Below, piece after piece: positions 28,422 through 37,792 of a stretch of 50,655 nucleotides of DNA (positions within the stretch are counted from its first letter, which is position 1; every line of letters begins with the position of its first letter). Below the pieces are notes generated by a model that saw only the letters and a list, made by a program, of their open reading frames with translations, searched no databases and was not told the origin of the DNA. The translations under genes were made by a program, and so were the position numbers. The stretch comes from a virus (Duplodnaviria > Caudoviricetes). The stretch covers positions 1 to 50,655 of IMG/VR virus record IMGVR_UViG_3300037459_000262. One strand, 5' to 3'.

Positions 28422-29527
28422 CATCTAAAAGAAAGGCTGTTGTAAAAAAACCTAAACCAAAAAAACAGCCAAAGAAAAAACTAGCAAGCAGAAAAGTAGC
28501 ATCAAAGGCACTTGTAAAAAGAAAAACCAAGTCTTCTAGTCGTTCAAATGTAAAAAGCAACATAAAGAAACGAGCTGAAAAAGTACCTACAAAAAAAATA
28601 GCAAAACCAAAAAGAGAAACAAGTGGTGGTGGTGCAGGATCACTTACTCTTAGAATTAAAAAAGAACCAGTCCCAATTCCATTTCCTGATTCAGAAAAAA
28701 TACCGCACTATCTGCTAAGAAATTTAGTAGACATTTACTATGACTTTCAGGGACAACGAATACAGACTCAGCTTAGAATTGGAGCATCAGAGCGAGAAAA
28801 TACATTGAGCAAAGAAGAGTTGTCAATATTTGGAATTACAACAATTATGGAAAATGCCAAGAACTTTGAGTTAGATTTAGAAAAAATTATTAAAAAACAA
28901 TTACTAAACCATGCTCTATACACACAATACTTTGTAAAGATTCAGGGCATAGGACCATTACTCTCAGCTGGACTCATTGCATACATTGATGATATTGAAA
29001 AGTTCAAGCATGTATCATCACTTTGGCAGTACTCAGGATATGGGATGAACAGATATTGTCCAGAATGTAAAAAGCCAACATCTGTTGAAGTCAAATATTC
29101 AACAGGAAAGATTGCAAAGAAACTACATCCATTTGAGAACTGTCCTGAGTGTGGACATGCAACTAATCCCATCTTACAAAAGAGACAGTCAGGATACCAA
29201 TCAAATTGGAATGACAAACTCAAAGTTTTAGCTTGGAAGGCTGCAACATCATTTGTAAAACAATCAGCAACAAAATCAAAGTACAGAAAACTATATGATC
29301 AGATAAAAAAAGATGAGCGAAGAAAGCATCCAACAAAAAAGATAATCAAAGGCAAGACATTCTTTAATGATGGACACATTAATAATCGAGCCATGAGAAA
29401 GGTATCAAAAATATTTTTGGCTCATGTATGGCAGACTTGGCGAAGACAGCAGGGATTGGAAGTAACAGAGCCATATGCAAAACAACTTTTAGGTCACAGT
29501 GTAGTAGAAGCATTTACTGACAACTGA
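28418..29527 (+). CDS. Tas (TasA-like) Nop-domain RNA-guided protein with Lys-rich N-terminal tail and Zn-ribbon insert
   Basis: The frame of track ORF 28805..29527 is open back to 28403 and includes LRNLVDIYYDFQGQRI (coiled-coil start of Nop/IS110 proteins). Also KIQGIGPLLSAGLI...F...SSLWQYSG, YRKLYD..K, GHINNRAMRKVSKIFLAHVW..WR...PY. No RuvC (DEDD) or HNH motif seen. Start codon uncertain; ATA 28418 proposed. Confidence 0.8.
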   Translation: MASKRKAVVKKPKPKKQPKKKLASRKVASKALVKRKTKSSSRSNVKSNIKKRAEKVPTKKIAKPKRETSGGGAGSLTLRIKKEPVPIPFPDSEKIPHYLLRNLVDIYYDFQGQRIQTQLRIGASERENTLSKEELSIFGITTIMENAKNFELDLEKIIKKQLLNHALYTQYFVKIQGIGPLLSAGLIAYIDDIEKFKHVSSLWQYSGYGMNRYCPECKKPTSVEVKYSTGKIAKKLHPFENCPECGHATNPILQKRQSGYQSNWNDKLKVLAWKAATSFVKQSATKSKYRKLYDQIKKDERRKHPTKKIIKGKTFFNDGHINNRAMRKVSKIFLAHVWQTWRRQQGLEVTEPYAKQLLGHSVVEAFTDN

Positions 29528-29530
29528 GGT

Positions 29531-31180
29531 GATGTTAAAAGACTTTTGAAACTCAAGGATTAGTTACGAGACTATCATAATGTGTAAACCAAAGAGGGGA
29601 TTCGAGTTAGAAGAAATAATGAAACCGAGTGTATTGTTGCGAGTTCACATGTAGATTAGAAAACCAAGTAATAGATACAAGTCAACACACTTTTGATACC
29701 CAAATAGTGTATACGAGTCAGACTGCGATAGAAAACCAACAAGCATAAACGAGTCAGCACATTTTTGAAAACCATATAGGCCATACGAGTCAGGGGGCTT
29801 TTGAAAACCAAAAAATGGTTACGAGTTACACAAACCATGATACCCAAAAGAAAATTACGAGTCATTTAGTTTGTGAAATCCATCATATAGCTACGAGTCA
29901 GGAGTAATAATTAAAATCAATTAAGGTATACGAGTCAAGCAAATCCTGAAAAACCCATCTAAAGGTACGAGTCATTTTGTTGCTGAAACCCACACATGCA
30001 GTACGAGTCTAAGAAATATGAGACAATAAACGAATGAAAAGAAAACACCAAAACATTTCGAGTCATGTAATTTATGAAATCCAAACTATGCAAACGAGTT
30101 CACTATAGAATGCAAACCCAAAAGTGGTCTACGAGTCAACATACTTTTTGAAACCATATAGGCAAACGAGTCATTTAGTTAGTGAAATCCATCATATAGA
30201 TACGAGTTATAGTGGTTATGGAATCCAAACATTCCTTTCGAGTCACCTCTCATGTGAAATCCAGAAAAAGTATACGAGTCACGAAATGTGTGAATCCCAC
30301 AGTATGATTGCGAGTTATCATAGACCAGAAAACCAAAAAAGATGTACGAGTCTAATTCTTATTGAATACTATTCAATAGATACGAGTTACCATAACTTTG
30401 AAACCCATTGAAGAAGAATTGAAGAAGAACGAGATAGCGTGAATGTGAAATCCATGTAAGCACTTCGAGTCACTCTTGTCATGAAATCCAGATGATGCAA
30501 ACGAGTCAGGGAGGCATTTGAAACCAAAAAGGCGATACGAGTTATGAAATACTGAAATCCATGTTAAAGGTACGAGTCTTAGAGATTTTGAAAACCATAA
30601 GAAGAAAGCGAGACATTGAATGGTTGAAACCCACATGCAAGGTTCGAGACAAAAAAACCGAGAAAGCCAATAGACAAGATCGAGTCAGTGCACTTAAAGA
30701 AAACCATAATAAAATTACGAGTCACGAAATGTGTGAATCCCACAATATGATTGCGAGTCAATGTACTTATGAAACCTATACATGGATAGAAATGAGTCAA
30801 CTAAACCCTGAAATCCACATAGCTTGTACGAGTTAGAATCTGTTTGAATCCCACGAATCTCATGCGAGTCATCTTACCGATTGGAAACCAGTATTTAGAT
30901 ACGAGTCAAAGTAAGAGTAAAAAACAAGAACGTTTTACGAGTCAAAATACAATTGAAACCAAGAGAAAAGAAGCGAATCAAATATACCCTGAAATCCAAT
31001 GCACATGTATGAGTCACTGATGTAATGAAACCCACATAATGCAAACGAGTTCAAGTTGTCTATGAAAACTAGAAAATGCATACGAGTCCTTATTCATTTG
31101 AAACCAAGAAGATGAAAGCGAGTCAGCCATGTTTTGAAACTCATTAGTGTAATGCGAGTCAACGTACTCTTGGACCATCC
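29531..31180 (+). ncRNA. TIGR-like dual-repeat guide RNA array, ~45 units of 36 nt
   Basis: Alternating repeats TACGAGTCA and TGAAA(A/T/C)CCA separated by variable 9-nt spacers. Exact 36-nt period at 29712, 29748, 29784, 29820, 29856, 29892. Starts immediately after the Nop-protein stop codon. Confidence 0.9.
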
Positions 31181-31214
31181 ATACCACAAAACAGACACCA
31201 ATAATCTTCTTGAC

Positions 31215-31796
31215 TCAATACAATTCCTCCTGTTTTGAAATAGTTGCATTTGTAGAATCAAACAAAACAATACTGTTACAATCCCAAGTATTGAAAATAG
31301 TGTGAAAATGCAAATCAGATGAATCATCATAATAGATTCCATCACAGTTCTCAAGGGCTTTGCTCCATACTGAACGTGCAGTTACAATATTGCCTTTTTG
31401 TAATTGAGTAATTTGATATTGTGAAATATTCATTAAATCACTTAATGAGCAAGAAAAAGAATATTCTGGAAAAAGATTATGATGTTTTAGTTCAGGGATT
31501 AGAAACAAAAAAAGTTCATCAGCATCACTTACTGTAGATATTCTAATGAATGAAAGATTTGGTTTTAGATATACATCACATATTGTTGATCCTTCTACAT
31601 CTCTAAATTCATTCCCAGTACACCATTCCTCCCAGTCTCCATTAACTGATATCCAGAATCCAGGTGGTTTGTATAGTAATGCATCATCTCCCCTGTCTTG
31701 AATTTTAATGCCATTATTCATCATGCCATCATATCCCTCATGTGAGGTTACATGTGTAAGATTCTCAGTGATACACTGACTGTTAATGTAATTCAA
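31215..31796 (-). CDS. Hypothetical protein (193 aa)
   Basis: KPPGFWIS...WEEWC...DGIYY...FNTWDCNSIVLFD recalls a family of viral hypothetical proteins; function not assigned. Confidence 0.55.
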   Translation of the reverse strand: MNYINSQCITENLTHVTSHEGYDGMMNNGIKIQDRGDDALLYKPPGFWISVNGDWEEWCTGNEFRDVEGSTICDVYLKPNLSFIRISTVSDADELFLFLIPELKHHNLFPEYSFSCSLSDLMNISQYQITQLQKGNIVTARSVWSKALENCDGIYYDDSSDLHFHTIFNTWDCNSIVLFDSTNATISKQEELY

Positions 31797-31804
31797 AAAC
31801 TATA

Positions 31805-32086
31805 CTATCCCCTAAATCGTTCTCTTATCTCATAGTACAGTATCTTTGGATGAAACAAAGAACACCCAAAACAAAAAAATCCATCTTTGAAAATTTTAGA
31901 ATATACAGTTAGGTGATCAAGTGAATATGCACCTTCAAATTGGATTCTATTTTCTAAATGAATGCAAATAGACTGTGTATCATTTTCCTCATTAGTAGAA
32001 CTAGTATGAAACTTGGAACCTGAGCATTCCTTGTTACAAGTATGGTTATCCTGCACCCATGTCATCCAAAACGGAATTTGTTTCAA
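31805..32086 (-). CDS. Hypothetical Cys/His-rich protein
   Basis: Co-oriented, tightly packed ORF. Confidence 0.4.
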   Translation of the reverse strand: MKQIPFWMTWVQDNHTCNKECSGSKFHTSSTNEENDTQSICIHLENRIQFEGAYSLDHLTVYSKIFKDGFFCFGCSLFHPKILYYEIRERFRG

Positions 32087-32089
32087 TAT

Positions 32090-32758
32090 CTATACTCTAA
32101 CCTCAGTGTCATTCTCATTGACAAACGCAACTGGTGGACAGACCTTGTTGTGGTTTGATTTTAGATAAGTCAAAAGCAAGCTTGGGTTTTCTAAAAGTTT
32201 TGGAGTGTCGTCTTTTTTCTCTTTTTTTGCTTCTCTTTTTGCAGTATAATTTGTAATAAATTCAAAGAGATACTTTCCCCACCACTGAAATGATCCTGCA
32301 CCATACTGAAAAAGTGCTATTCCATAATTTCCTTGAAGTAAATTGTATGTACCCCAGACTGCCATAATTGCAATGACTATAACTTTGATAATGTTGGTAT
32401 TTCGTCTAGACTTTTTAATATCAAATGGCTTTTGTTTTCTTTTTGGAATTCTTTTTGCAATTATTGCAAAGGGAAAGAAAATAACAGCAGCTACTACTGC
32501 TCTCAGATATGGACATAAATTTACAGTTTTGGGAATGGACTTGTAAACTAATGAAGATCTTTTTACTTTAAACAAGTCATACTGCTTTTTTAGTTCATCA
32601 AAGCTTGCGTTTCTCCATTTGTTGTGAAACTCTGTTTCTTCTTTTTCAATTACTTTTATTGTAGCATCAACATCAAATCTCTTTTCAACAAAAAGTGAAT
32701 CACCAAAGACATACGATACCAACCAATAATGCCATGAACTTGTGTTGAAAATAATCAC
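32090..32758 (-). CDS. Membrane protein (222 aa)
   Basis: Two to three hydrophobic segments; NLCPYLR and KVCP motifs. Confidence 0.6.
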   Translation of the reverse strand: MIIFNTSSWHYWLVSYVFGDSLFVEKRFDVDATIKVIEKEETEFHNKWRNASFDELKKQYDLFKVKRSSLVYKSIPKTVNLCPYLRAVVAAVIFFPFAIIAKRIPKRKQKPFDIKKSRRNTNIIKVIVIAIMAVWGTYNLLQGNYGIALFQYGAGSFQWWGKYLFEFITNYTAKREAKKEKKDDTPKLLENPSLLLTYLKSNHNKVCPPVAFVNENDTEVRV

Positions 32759-32838
32759 TATAATTTTTATATTTAATTATAGTTTTTAATTTGAGATTCA
32801 ATAATTATTGCAAGTCACATAATGCAACTATTAAAATC

Positions 32839-33111
32839 TTATTTGGTTGGAACAAAACGCTTTGGAAGAGCTACTTTGATTATTCTAGAATTTTTACATT
32901 TTGCACAGGATATTCTAACAGTATTGATAGTTATTCTACCTACTCTGATATATCCAAATGCATTACAGATATCACACATTATTTCTTTAAGATGATTATT
33001 TTTTAAATAGATTTTAGCTTCCCATGTACGCTTGTTTTGTCTTGCAGCATTAGCTTTGTATCTTCTTTGCCACTCTTCATCAGGCAATCTTTTCATACAT
33101 TGAATACACAT
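32839..33111 (-). CDS. Zinc-finger protein (90 aa)
   Basis: CIQC, CDIC and CAKC pairs. Confidence 0.5.
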   Translation of the reverse strand: MCIQCMKRLPDEEWQRRYKANAARQNKRTWEAKIYLKNNHLKEIMCDICNAFGYIRVGRITINTVRISCAKCKNSRIIKVALPKRFVPTK

Positions 33112-33270
33112 TGGTTTGTTTTAAATTTAATTTGTATCATGATGACATTCAATAATTATTGTACCAACAAACACAGACAACATACCATGTTTCTCGTATA
33201 AAATTAGTGTAAATCTGGATAATGAAAACTTGATGATATGATTAATATGAAGTTCAATGGTAATTGAAAT

Positions 33271-33630
33271 ATGATTGATGTTTCAGAATCTGTGAATCAC
33301 CATGAAGATATTGTTTCAGAATCCGTATACCGTTATGATGATTTTATTTCACATTGTTCAAATGTCTTAGAAGCACTAGTCAATATTGCTAAGGAAGTAG
33401 ATCCTATGTTACTTAATAAATTAACTGAACAGGACCAGTATAAATTTAAAAACACATATGCAGAAGCCCTTCACAAGTTACAAACAACTTTACATGCAGT
33501 TATTATAAGAAAGAGAAAAAATGAACCATCACCTGAATGGTTTTTTCAAGGTCAGAGAAAAAAACTGAAAGAAATAGATGAAGAACTTGTTCCAATATTA
33601 CATGAACTAAAATTCCAGATTACAGATTAA
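33271..33630 (+). CDS. Hypothetical helical protein
   Basis: ATG-started 119-aa ORF. Confidence 0.5.
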   Translation: MIDVSESVNHHEDIVSESVYRYDDFISHCSNVLEALVNIAKEVDPMLLNKLTEQDQYKFKNTYAEALHKLQTTLHAVIIRKRKNEPSPEWFFQGQRKKLKEIDEELVPILHELKFQITD

Positions 33631-33893
33631 CTATTGATTTCATTATTTATCTCCTCTATCATTTCTATACAGTCAGGTTCAATTCCATATTTAAAAAAAG
33701 TGTAAAATGAAAAATATGTCAATTCATTATATCCGTGATCAAGATACCAAAAAGTTCCCCCTGAATAATCTAACACATATCCATCAGTCTCATCAGGAGG
33801 AAGTGAAGGAAAGGCAGCAGGAACTGCAACAAGCATTAATGGTGTAAATAGTAAACATGTAATTGTAATGCCGAAAACTTTGTTTAATCCCAC
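33627..33893 (-). CDS. Small membrane/secreted protein
   Basis: N-terminal hydrophobic stretch. Confidence 0.4.
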   Translation of the reverse strand: MGLNKVFGITITCLLFTPLMLVAVPAAFPSLPPDETDGYVLDYSGGTFWYLDHGYNELTYFSFYTFFKYGIEPDCIEMIEEINNEINS

Positions 33894-34043
33894 TAGTTTA
33901 ATTTAATTTTTGATTTGTTTTAAAGATTATGCTCAAGATTTACGTTTTCTGTTGCTTTTTCATCTCTAAATTCTTTAATATTAGATTCAATAATAATTGA
34001 ATCTCAAGTTATAATCCAATAACTTTTAAAATAAAAGTTTACA

Positions 34044-34301
34044 ATGCTACATAAAATATTCATGGTTTTTAATTGTAAAGAATGTGTCCAAGAGTATATG
34101 GACGGAAAATATGGCAGAAACAAATCAATGCAAGAGTTAGCAAGGATTGTAGTTGGCAGAACTAAAACAGGAATCCAAGTTTGGTGTGTAAGACATGACA
34201 AAAATATACTAGATACTGATTTGCCTGATGATCATTACATAATGAATATGCCATTAAAATGTGAAATATGTACTGGTCCTGATTGTGAACATGTAAGTTA
34301 A
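34044..34301 (+). CDS. Small Cys-rich protein (85 aa)
   Basis: CKEC...VGRTKTGIQVWCVRHD...CEIC. Confidence 0.55.
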   Translation: MLHKIFMVFNCKECVQEYMDGKYGRNKSMQELARIVVGRTKTGIQVWCVRHDKNILDTDLPDDHYIMNMPLKCEICTGPDCEHVS

Positions 34302-34355
34302 GAAGCGTGTTTGTATTATTTGGTGATCTTAATAAAATAGTAAGTGTGTTGAGAC

Positions 34356-35171
34356 TTATTTTTTTAATAAATAAAAAGATGAAGCTGCAGTCTCATCTTT
34401 GATCCTGGGTTTTTTCTTTTTGAAGAATCCTCCTTTTATGTTTGAAAAATTACCATTTTTGTATGTGCAATCAGATACATGTTCTATGAAATCCAGCAAC
34501 TCAAAATTATTTTCAAGGAGATCGTTTGATTTACACAATACTTCATAATTTTTATGATGTTTCAAATGATAATAAACAGTAAATGCCTCATCAGTGATTG
34601 TAGGATATTTCATGAATTCACCTAAAGTATACCAACCTTTTTCACACCCTTCTTGAAGAACATCTGGTTCTTGAAAATCATGAATGTGGATTAATGTGTT
34701 GGAGTTCAAATTATCCAATATATCGTAACAAAAGAAGGTGGCAAAATAGGCTTCATGAGGTCCATCAATAAATACAAAATCTAATTTTTTTAGATCAATG
34801 GGATTTTGATAGTATGAATCCATGAAATCTCCTCCATGAAATACATACTCTACATTTTCAGGAATTTTAAAATCTTCACTTGTACGTTCTAATGCAAAAC
34901 ATGTTAATTTTGAACTTTCGTTATTTTTTGCAAGTGCTTGGAATATTATTTTTGTTGAAGTACCCCCTCCAATCTCAAGAATGTTTTTTGGTTTGTATTC
35001 TCGGATATAACAATAAAGAAGAACAGAATCCATGGTGCCAAAATAACCTGAATGAATTACATTATCATTTATTTCTGAATAGTATTTTTTTAATAGCGAA
35101 ACAACATTTTCTTTATCATATTTCATTTGATTTAACCAATCAAGACTTTTTCCATAATTCCAATTACCCAT
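34356..35171 (-). CDS. Class I SAM-dependent methyltransferase (Methyltransf_24-like)
   Basis: KPKNILEIGGGTST, DFVFIDGPH, IHIHD. Confidence 0.8.
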   Translation of the reverse strand: MGNWNYGKSLDWLNQMKYDKENVVSLLKKYYSEINDNVIHSGYFGTMDSVLLYCYIREYKPKNILEIGGGTSTKIIFQALAKNNESSKLTCFALERTSEDFKIPENVEYVFHGGDFMDSYYQNPIDLKKLDFVFIDGPHEAYFATFFCYDILDNLNSNTLIHIHDFQEPDVLQEGCEKGWYTLGEFMKYPTITDEAFTVYYHLKHHKNYEVLCKSNDLLENNFELLDFIEHVSDCTYKNGNFSNIKGGFFKKKKPRIKDETAASSFYLLKK

Positions 35172-35390
35172 AAAATTATGAAATTTCTCTGGTATAATTA
35201 CTGTTTAGTTGATTTTGAGGTGAAGACCTTGAAAAAAAATGGATGGAGAGTTCATTTCCTGGATTAATTGGATCATCACACTTCATAACTTGCATTCTTG
35301 CAAAAACTGCATTAGCCATCAAACGTGGTTTAATACGATATTGTTAATATATTACCATAATTATTTTCTTGTTGTATAACGTCAGAATCA

Positions 35391-35636
35391 TCATGAGCAT
35401 TCTCCTCTGAAATATTCCCATTCATCACACACTGCACCATTTGCAAGTTTGCACATTCCTCTCTGTTCTATCATCTCAATAGTACCGCCATTTTCAAAAC
35501 AAAAAACAGTTGCAGGATTTGCAATTTCTACTATATCTGATTGTAGATCATAATAAAATGCAATAGCAGTATAAATCAAAAATACCGCAAGTATTGTAAC
35601 TATTATTATTTTGGCATTTTGATTCAAGGAGGACAA
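35391..35636 (-). CDS. DUF333-like membrane-anchored protein
   Basis: Transmembrane helix, then IANPATVFC..NGG...GMCKL.NG.VCDEWEYFRGEC. Confidence 0.75.
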   Translation of the reverse strand: MSSLNQNAKIIIVTILAVFLIYTAIAFYYDLQSDIVEIANPATVFCFENGGTIEMIEQRGMCKLANGAVCDEWEYFRGECS

Positions 35637-35935
35637 TTAATTTTTGCAGATACTTGTCATTTAAAAAACTAGCTTTCATTATTTTTTATATAGCAATTTG
35701 ATCACCATTTAGAAAGTAATTCTATGTGTAACTTTTTGCTCTCTGATTTATTATCTTCTTTTTCTTGTAGAGAATTAATAGTTTCTTGGATTTCTATGGT
35801 TTTCTTATCACAATTATAACTTTTAGGTGGATTCACAATTAGGATATACAATCCAGTATAATTTAGTCTTTGCATATAGCCTAATGTTATCTCAAAATTG
35901 GTAAATAATTAAATTCAGAAGAATCATCAAATTTT

Positions 35936-36148
35936 ATGGATTCGGATTTCTCATACAGAATAAGAATAGGAGATATAACAAGTCCAAAGGATCTCATAGG
36001 GTTCAAGGACTTTACACTAGAGATAACATCAGATAAGCCAGAGACTGAGGTTTTTGACTTTGCAGAAAAAATTTTCCAAAAACGTGATGAATGGGCAATT
36101 AGAAGAGGCTTTGTATTTCTTGATCAAAAGAAAACTCAATTTAATTAA
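35936..36148 (+). CDS. Hypothetical protein (70 aa)
   Basis: ATG-started ORF in the accessory region. Confidence 0.45.
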   Translation: MDSDFSYRIRIGDITSPKDLIGFKDFTLEITSDKPETEVFDFAEKIFQKRDEWAIRRGFVFLDQKKTQFN

Positions 36149-36321
36149 GTCAAAGAAAATTTTTTTTCTTTATAAAATAATTATTCACAATTGGGTTTTA
36201 AAAAGTATGGTCGCCAAGTTCTTATGGTAATGGCTCATGGCCTCGCTTGTATCCATGCCATTTTCTGTACTCATAATCAGTTAGTGGTGTATCGCAACCA
36301 CATTTGCAGTTTGGTTTCATT

Positions 36322-36621
36322 TTAATCGGTTTCCCTCTTTTTATTAATTTGTATAAAGGTTATTTGTCTTAAATTTGTAAAACAATACTCGCATTTTATT
36401 TGATGTATTAATGCAGGATCTTTTATCTTTGGTATAGTTGAGTGCAGGTATATTCTATTTTTCTCTATTTTCTTTTTGAGATATCCTTGTTTTATCATTC
36501 TGTTTCTGGTTGTAGTGTATCGACTCTTGTTTACTCGAAGTTTACGATGTAATTCATTTGAAGACAACGAATGCCCTTGCAGATTATACAGTATGAGATA
36601 TTCCAATTTTTCATCTGTCAA
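36322..36621 (-). CDS. Winged helix-turn-helix protein
   Basis: LSSNELHRKLRVNKSRY.....RMIKQGYL is a wHTH pattern. Confidence 0.55.
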   Translation of the reverse strand: MTDEKLEYLILYNLQGHSLSSNELHRKLRVNKSRYTTTRNRMIKQGYLKKKIEKNRIYLHSTIPKIKDPALIHQIKCEYCFTNLRQITFIQINKKRETD

Positions 36622-36905
36622 CTTTCTTTATTACCCTTTGTTCTTCTGATTTGTCCTTTTCCACAATGAGGACAAAAAGCCCAATTTTCATAAATATGAT
36701 TTTTACAATTTTTACATTTAATCAAAGCTGGTAATACATTACCATCAGAAAATACAAATTCTTTCATTAATTAAAAAATAATTATACATTAAAAAAAGGT
36801 GATTCAATTATTATTGAATCCAAAAAAAGTATATGGTATCGTCAATCTTAAAAAGAACTTCAAGTATGTTTAATCATATCACTTAAAAAAATAAACTTTC
36901 CAAAC

Positions 36906-37079
36906 TTGGCACAAATAAAGCCGTATGAATTTGAAGGTCATCTCATCATAGCACTTGATTCCAAATGGCTTGAGTTATTAGATGATGAAGGAAAATTTCT
37001 AGTCAGCATAAAAAATAATCAATTAATACTAAGTGCAAAATTAAATTTCCACAAAATGCAATCCTATAAAAAAATTTAA
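36906..37079 (+). CDS. Possible AbrB-like small protein (57 aa)
   Basis: Not in the track. MAQIKPYEFEGHLIIALDSKWLELLDDEGKFLVSIKNNQLILS has a swapped-hairpin-like pattern. Start uncertain. Confidence 0.3.
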   Translation: MAQIKPYEFEGHLIIALDSKWLELLDDEGKFLVSIKNNQLILSAKLNFHKMQSYKKI

Positions 37080-37150
37080 ATTTTTAACTATATGGTACCA
37101 GAACGTAAACCAATTAAAAGAGAATACCTTAATTTTAAAAATAGATTATC

Positions 37151-37615
37151 TTATTTTGCAGGGATTGTCACTTCAAGAGCTACTGCATCAAAAACAGGTA
37201 AAGGGTTGTCTTCAAATATTTCATCACTTAATCCTAAAAGTTTACCATTAAATCTAACTGTATCTCCGTCCAATACACGCTTTCCTTCATAATTAAGTAT
37301 AATTGGTTTATCTGGAAGTATAAAATAATTTCCTATGGAGATTTTTAGTTCATATTTGTTATTACCAAGATTTGTTATCGAGTATATTTCGCCTTCATAT
37401 TGCATAACTTTGCCAATATGTTTTTCATTGTTTCTTATCAAATCATTATAATGGATTAATTCATTGCCTGTTAAATCATCATTAATGTTTTTTACTACTA
37501 TTGCTGTTTCTTCACGTTCAGTAGTTTTTGAATAATTACTTGCGCTTGCACCAAGAATTATGAACAATAGAAAAATTATACCTATTCCAATGCCTAACTT
37601 TGCAAGTTTTCTCAT
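37151..37615 (-). CDS. Membrane-anchored OB-fold-like protein
   Basis: N-terminal transmembrane helix; YNDLIRN.EKHIGK...GEI...RVLDGDTV.F.G. Confidence 0.6.
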   Translation of the reverse strand: MRKLAKLGIGIGIIFLLFIILGASASNYSKTTEREETAIVVKNINDDLTGNELIHYNDLIRNNEKHIGKVMQYEGEIYSITNLGNNKYELKISIGNYFILPDKPIILNYEGKRVLDGDTVRFNGKLLGLSDEIFEDNPLPVFDAVALEVTIPAK

Positions 37616-37792
37616 AAGAATTTAAGATGTTTTTATGTTGTTTATAAGAATTTATAATCACTAGTCATACCAGAACTGTTTGTAGTCATAATTTGGGGTA
37701 TCTAGTTGAATTTGATAATAAAGGCAATCCTTGTTTACAATGTAATCAATGTGAGAATATTAAGAAAGACTAGTCTGGTCCCAAAGTCAATT

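Noticed and set aside
28418-29527. IS110/IS116-family insertion sequence transposase
   Set aside because: Similarity is limited to the coiled-coil/Nop-like part. The N-terminal DEDD RuvC domain is absent, replaced by a basic tail, and the gene is followed by a multi-unit array.
29656-30836. ORFs called inside the array (29656-, 30124+, 30373-, 30561+, 30579-)
   Set aside because: A 36-nt period keeps frames open and gives periodic TSH/TR words. Frames shift at 35- and 37-nt units and occur on both strands, so these are likely spurious.
29531-31180. CRISPR array
   Set aside because: Repeats are two alternating ~9-nt degenerate motifs with 9-nt spacers, not 23-47-nt repeats with ~30-40-nt spacers. 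No cas genes in the window.
29531-31180. Self-targeting of this window by array spacers (e.g. aattcttat/ttcaataga resembling the early promoter and the palindrome)
   Set aside because: Only partial 7-8-nt AT-rich matches at unlinked sites. I found no adjacent A+B match by eye, but a systematic search was not possible.
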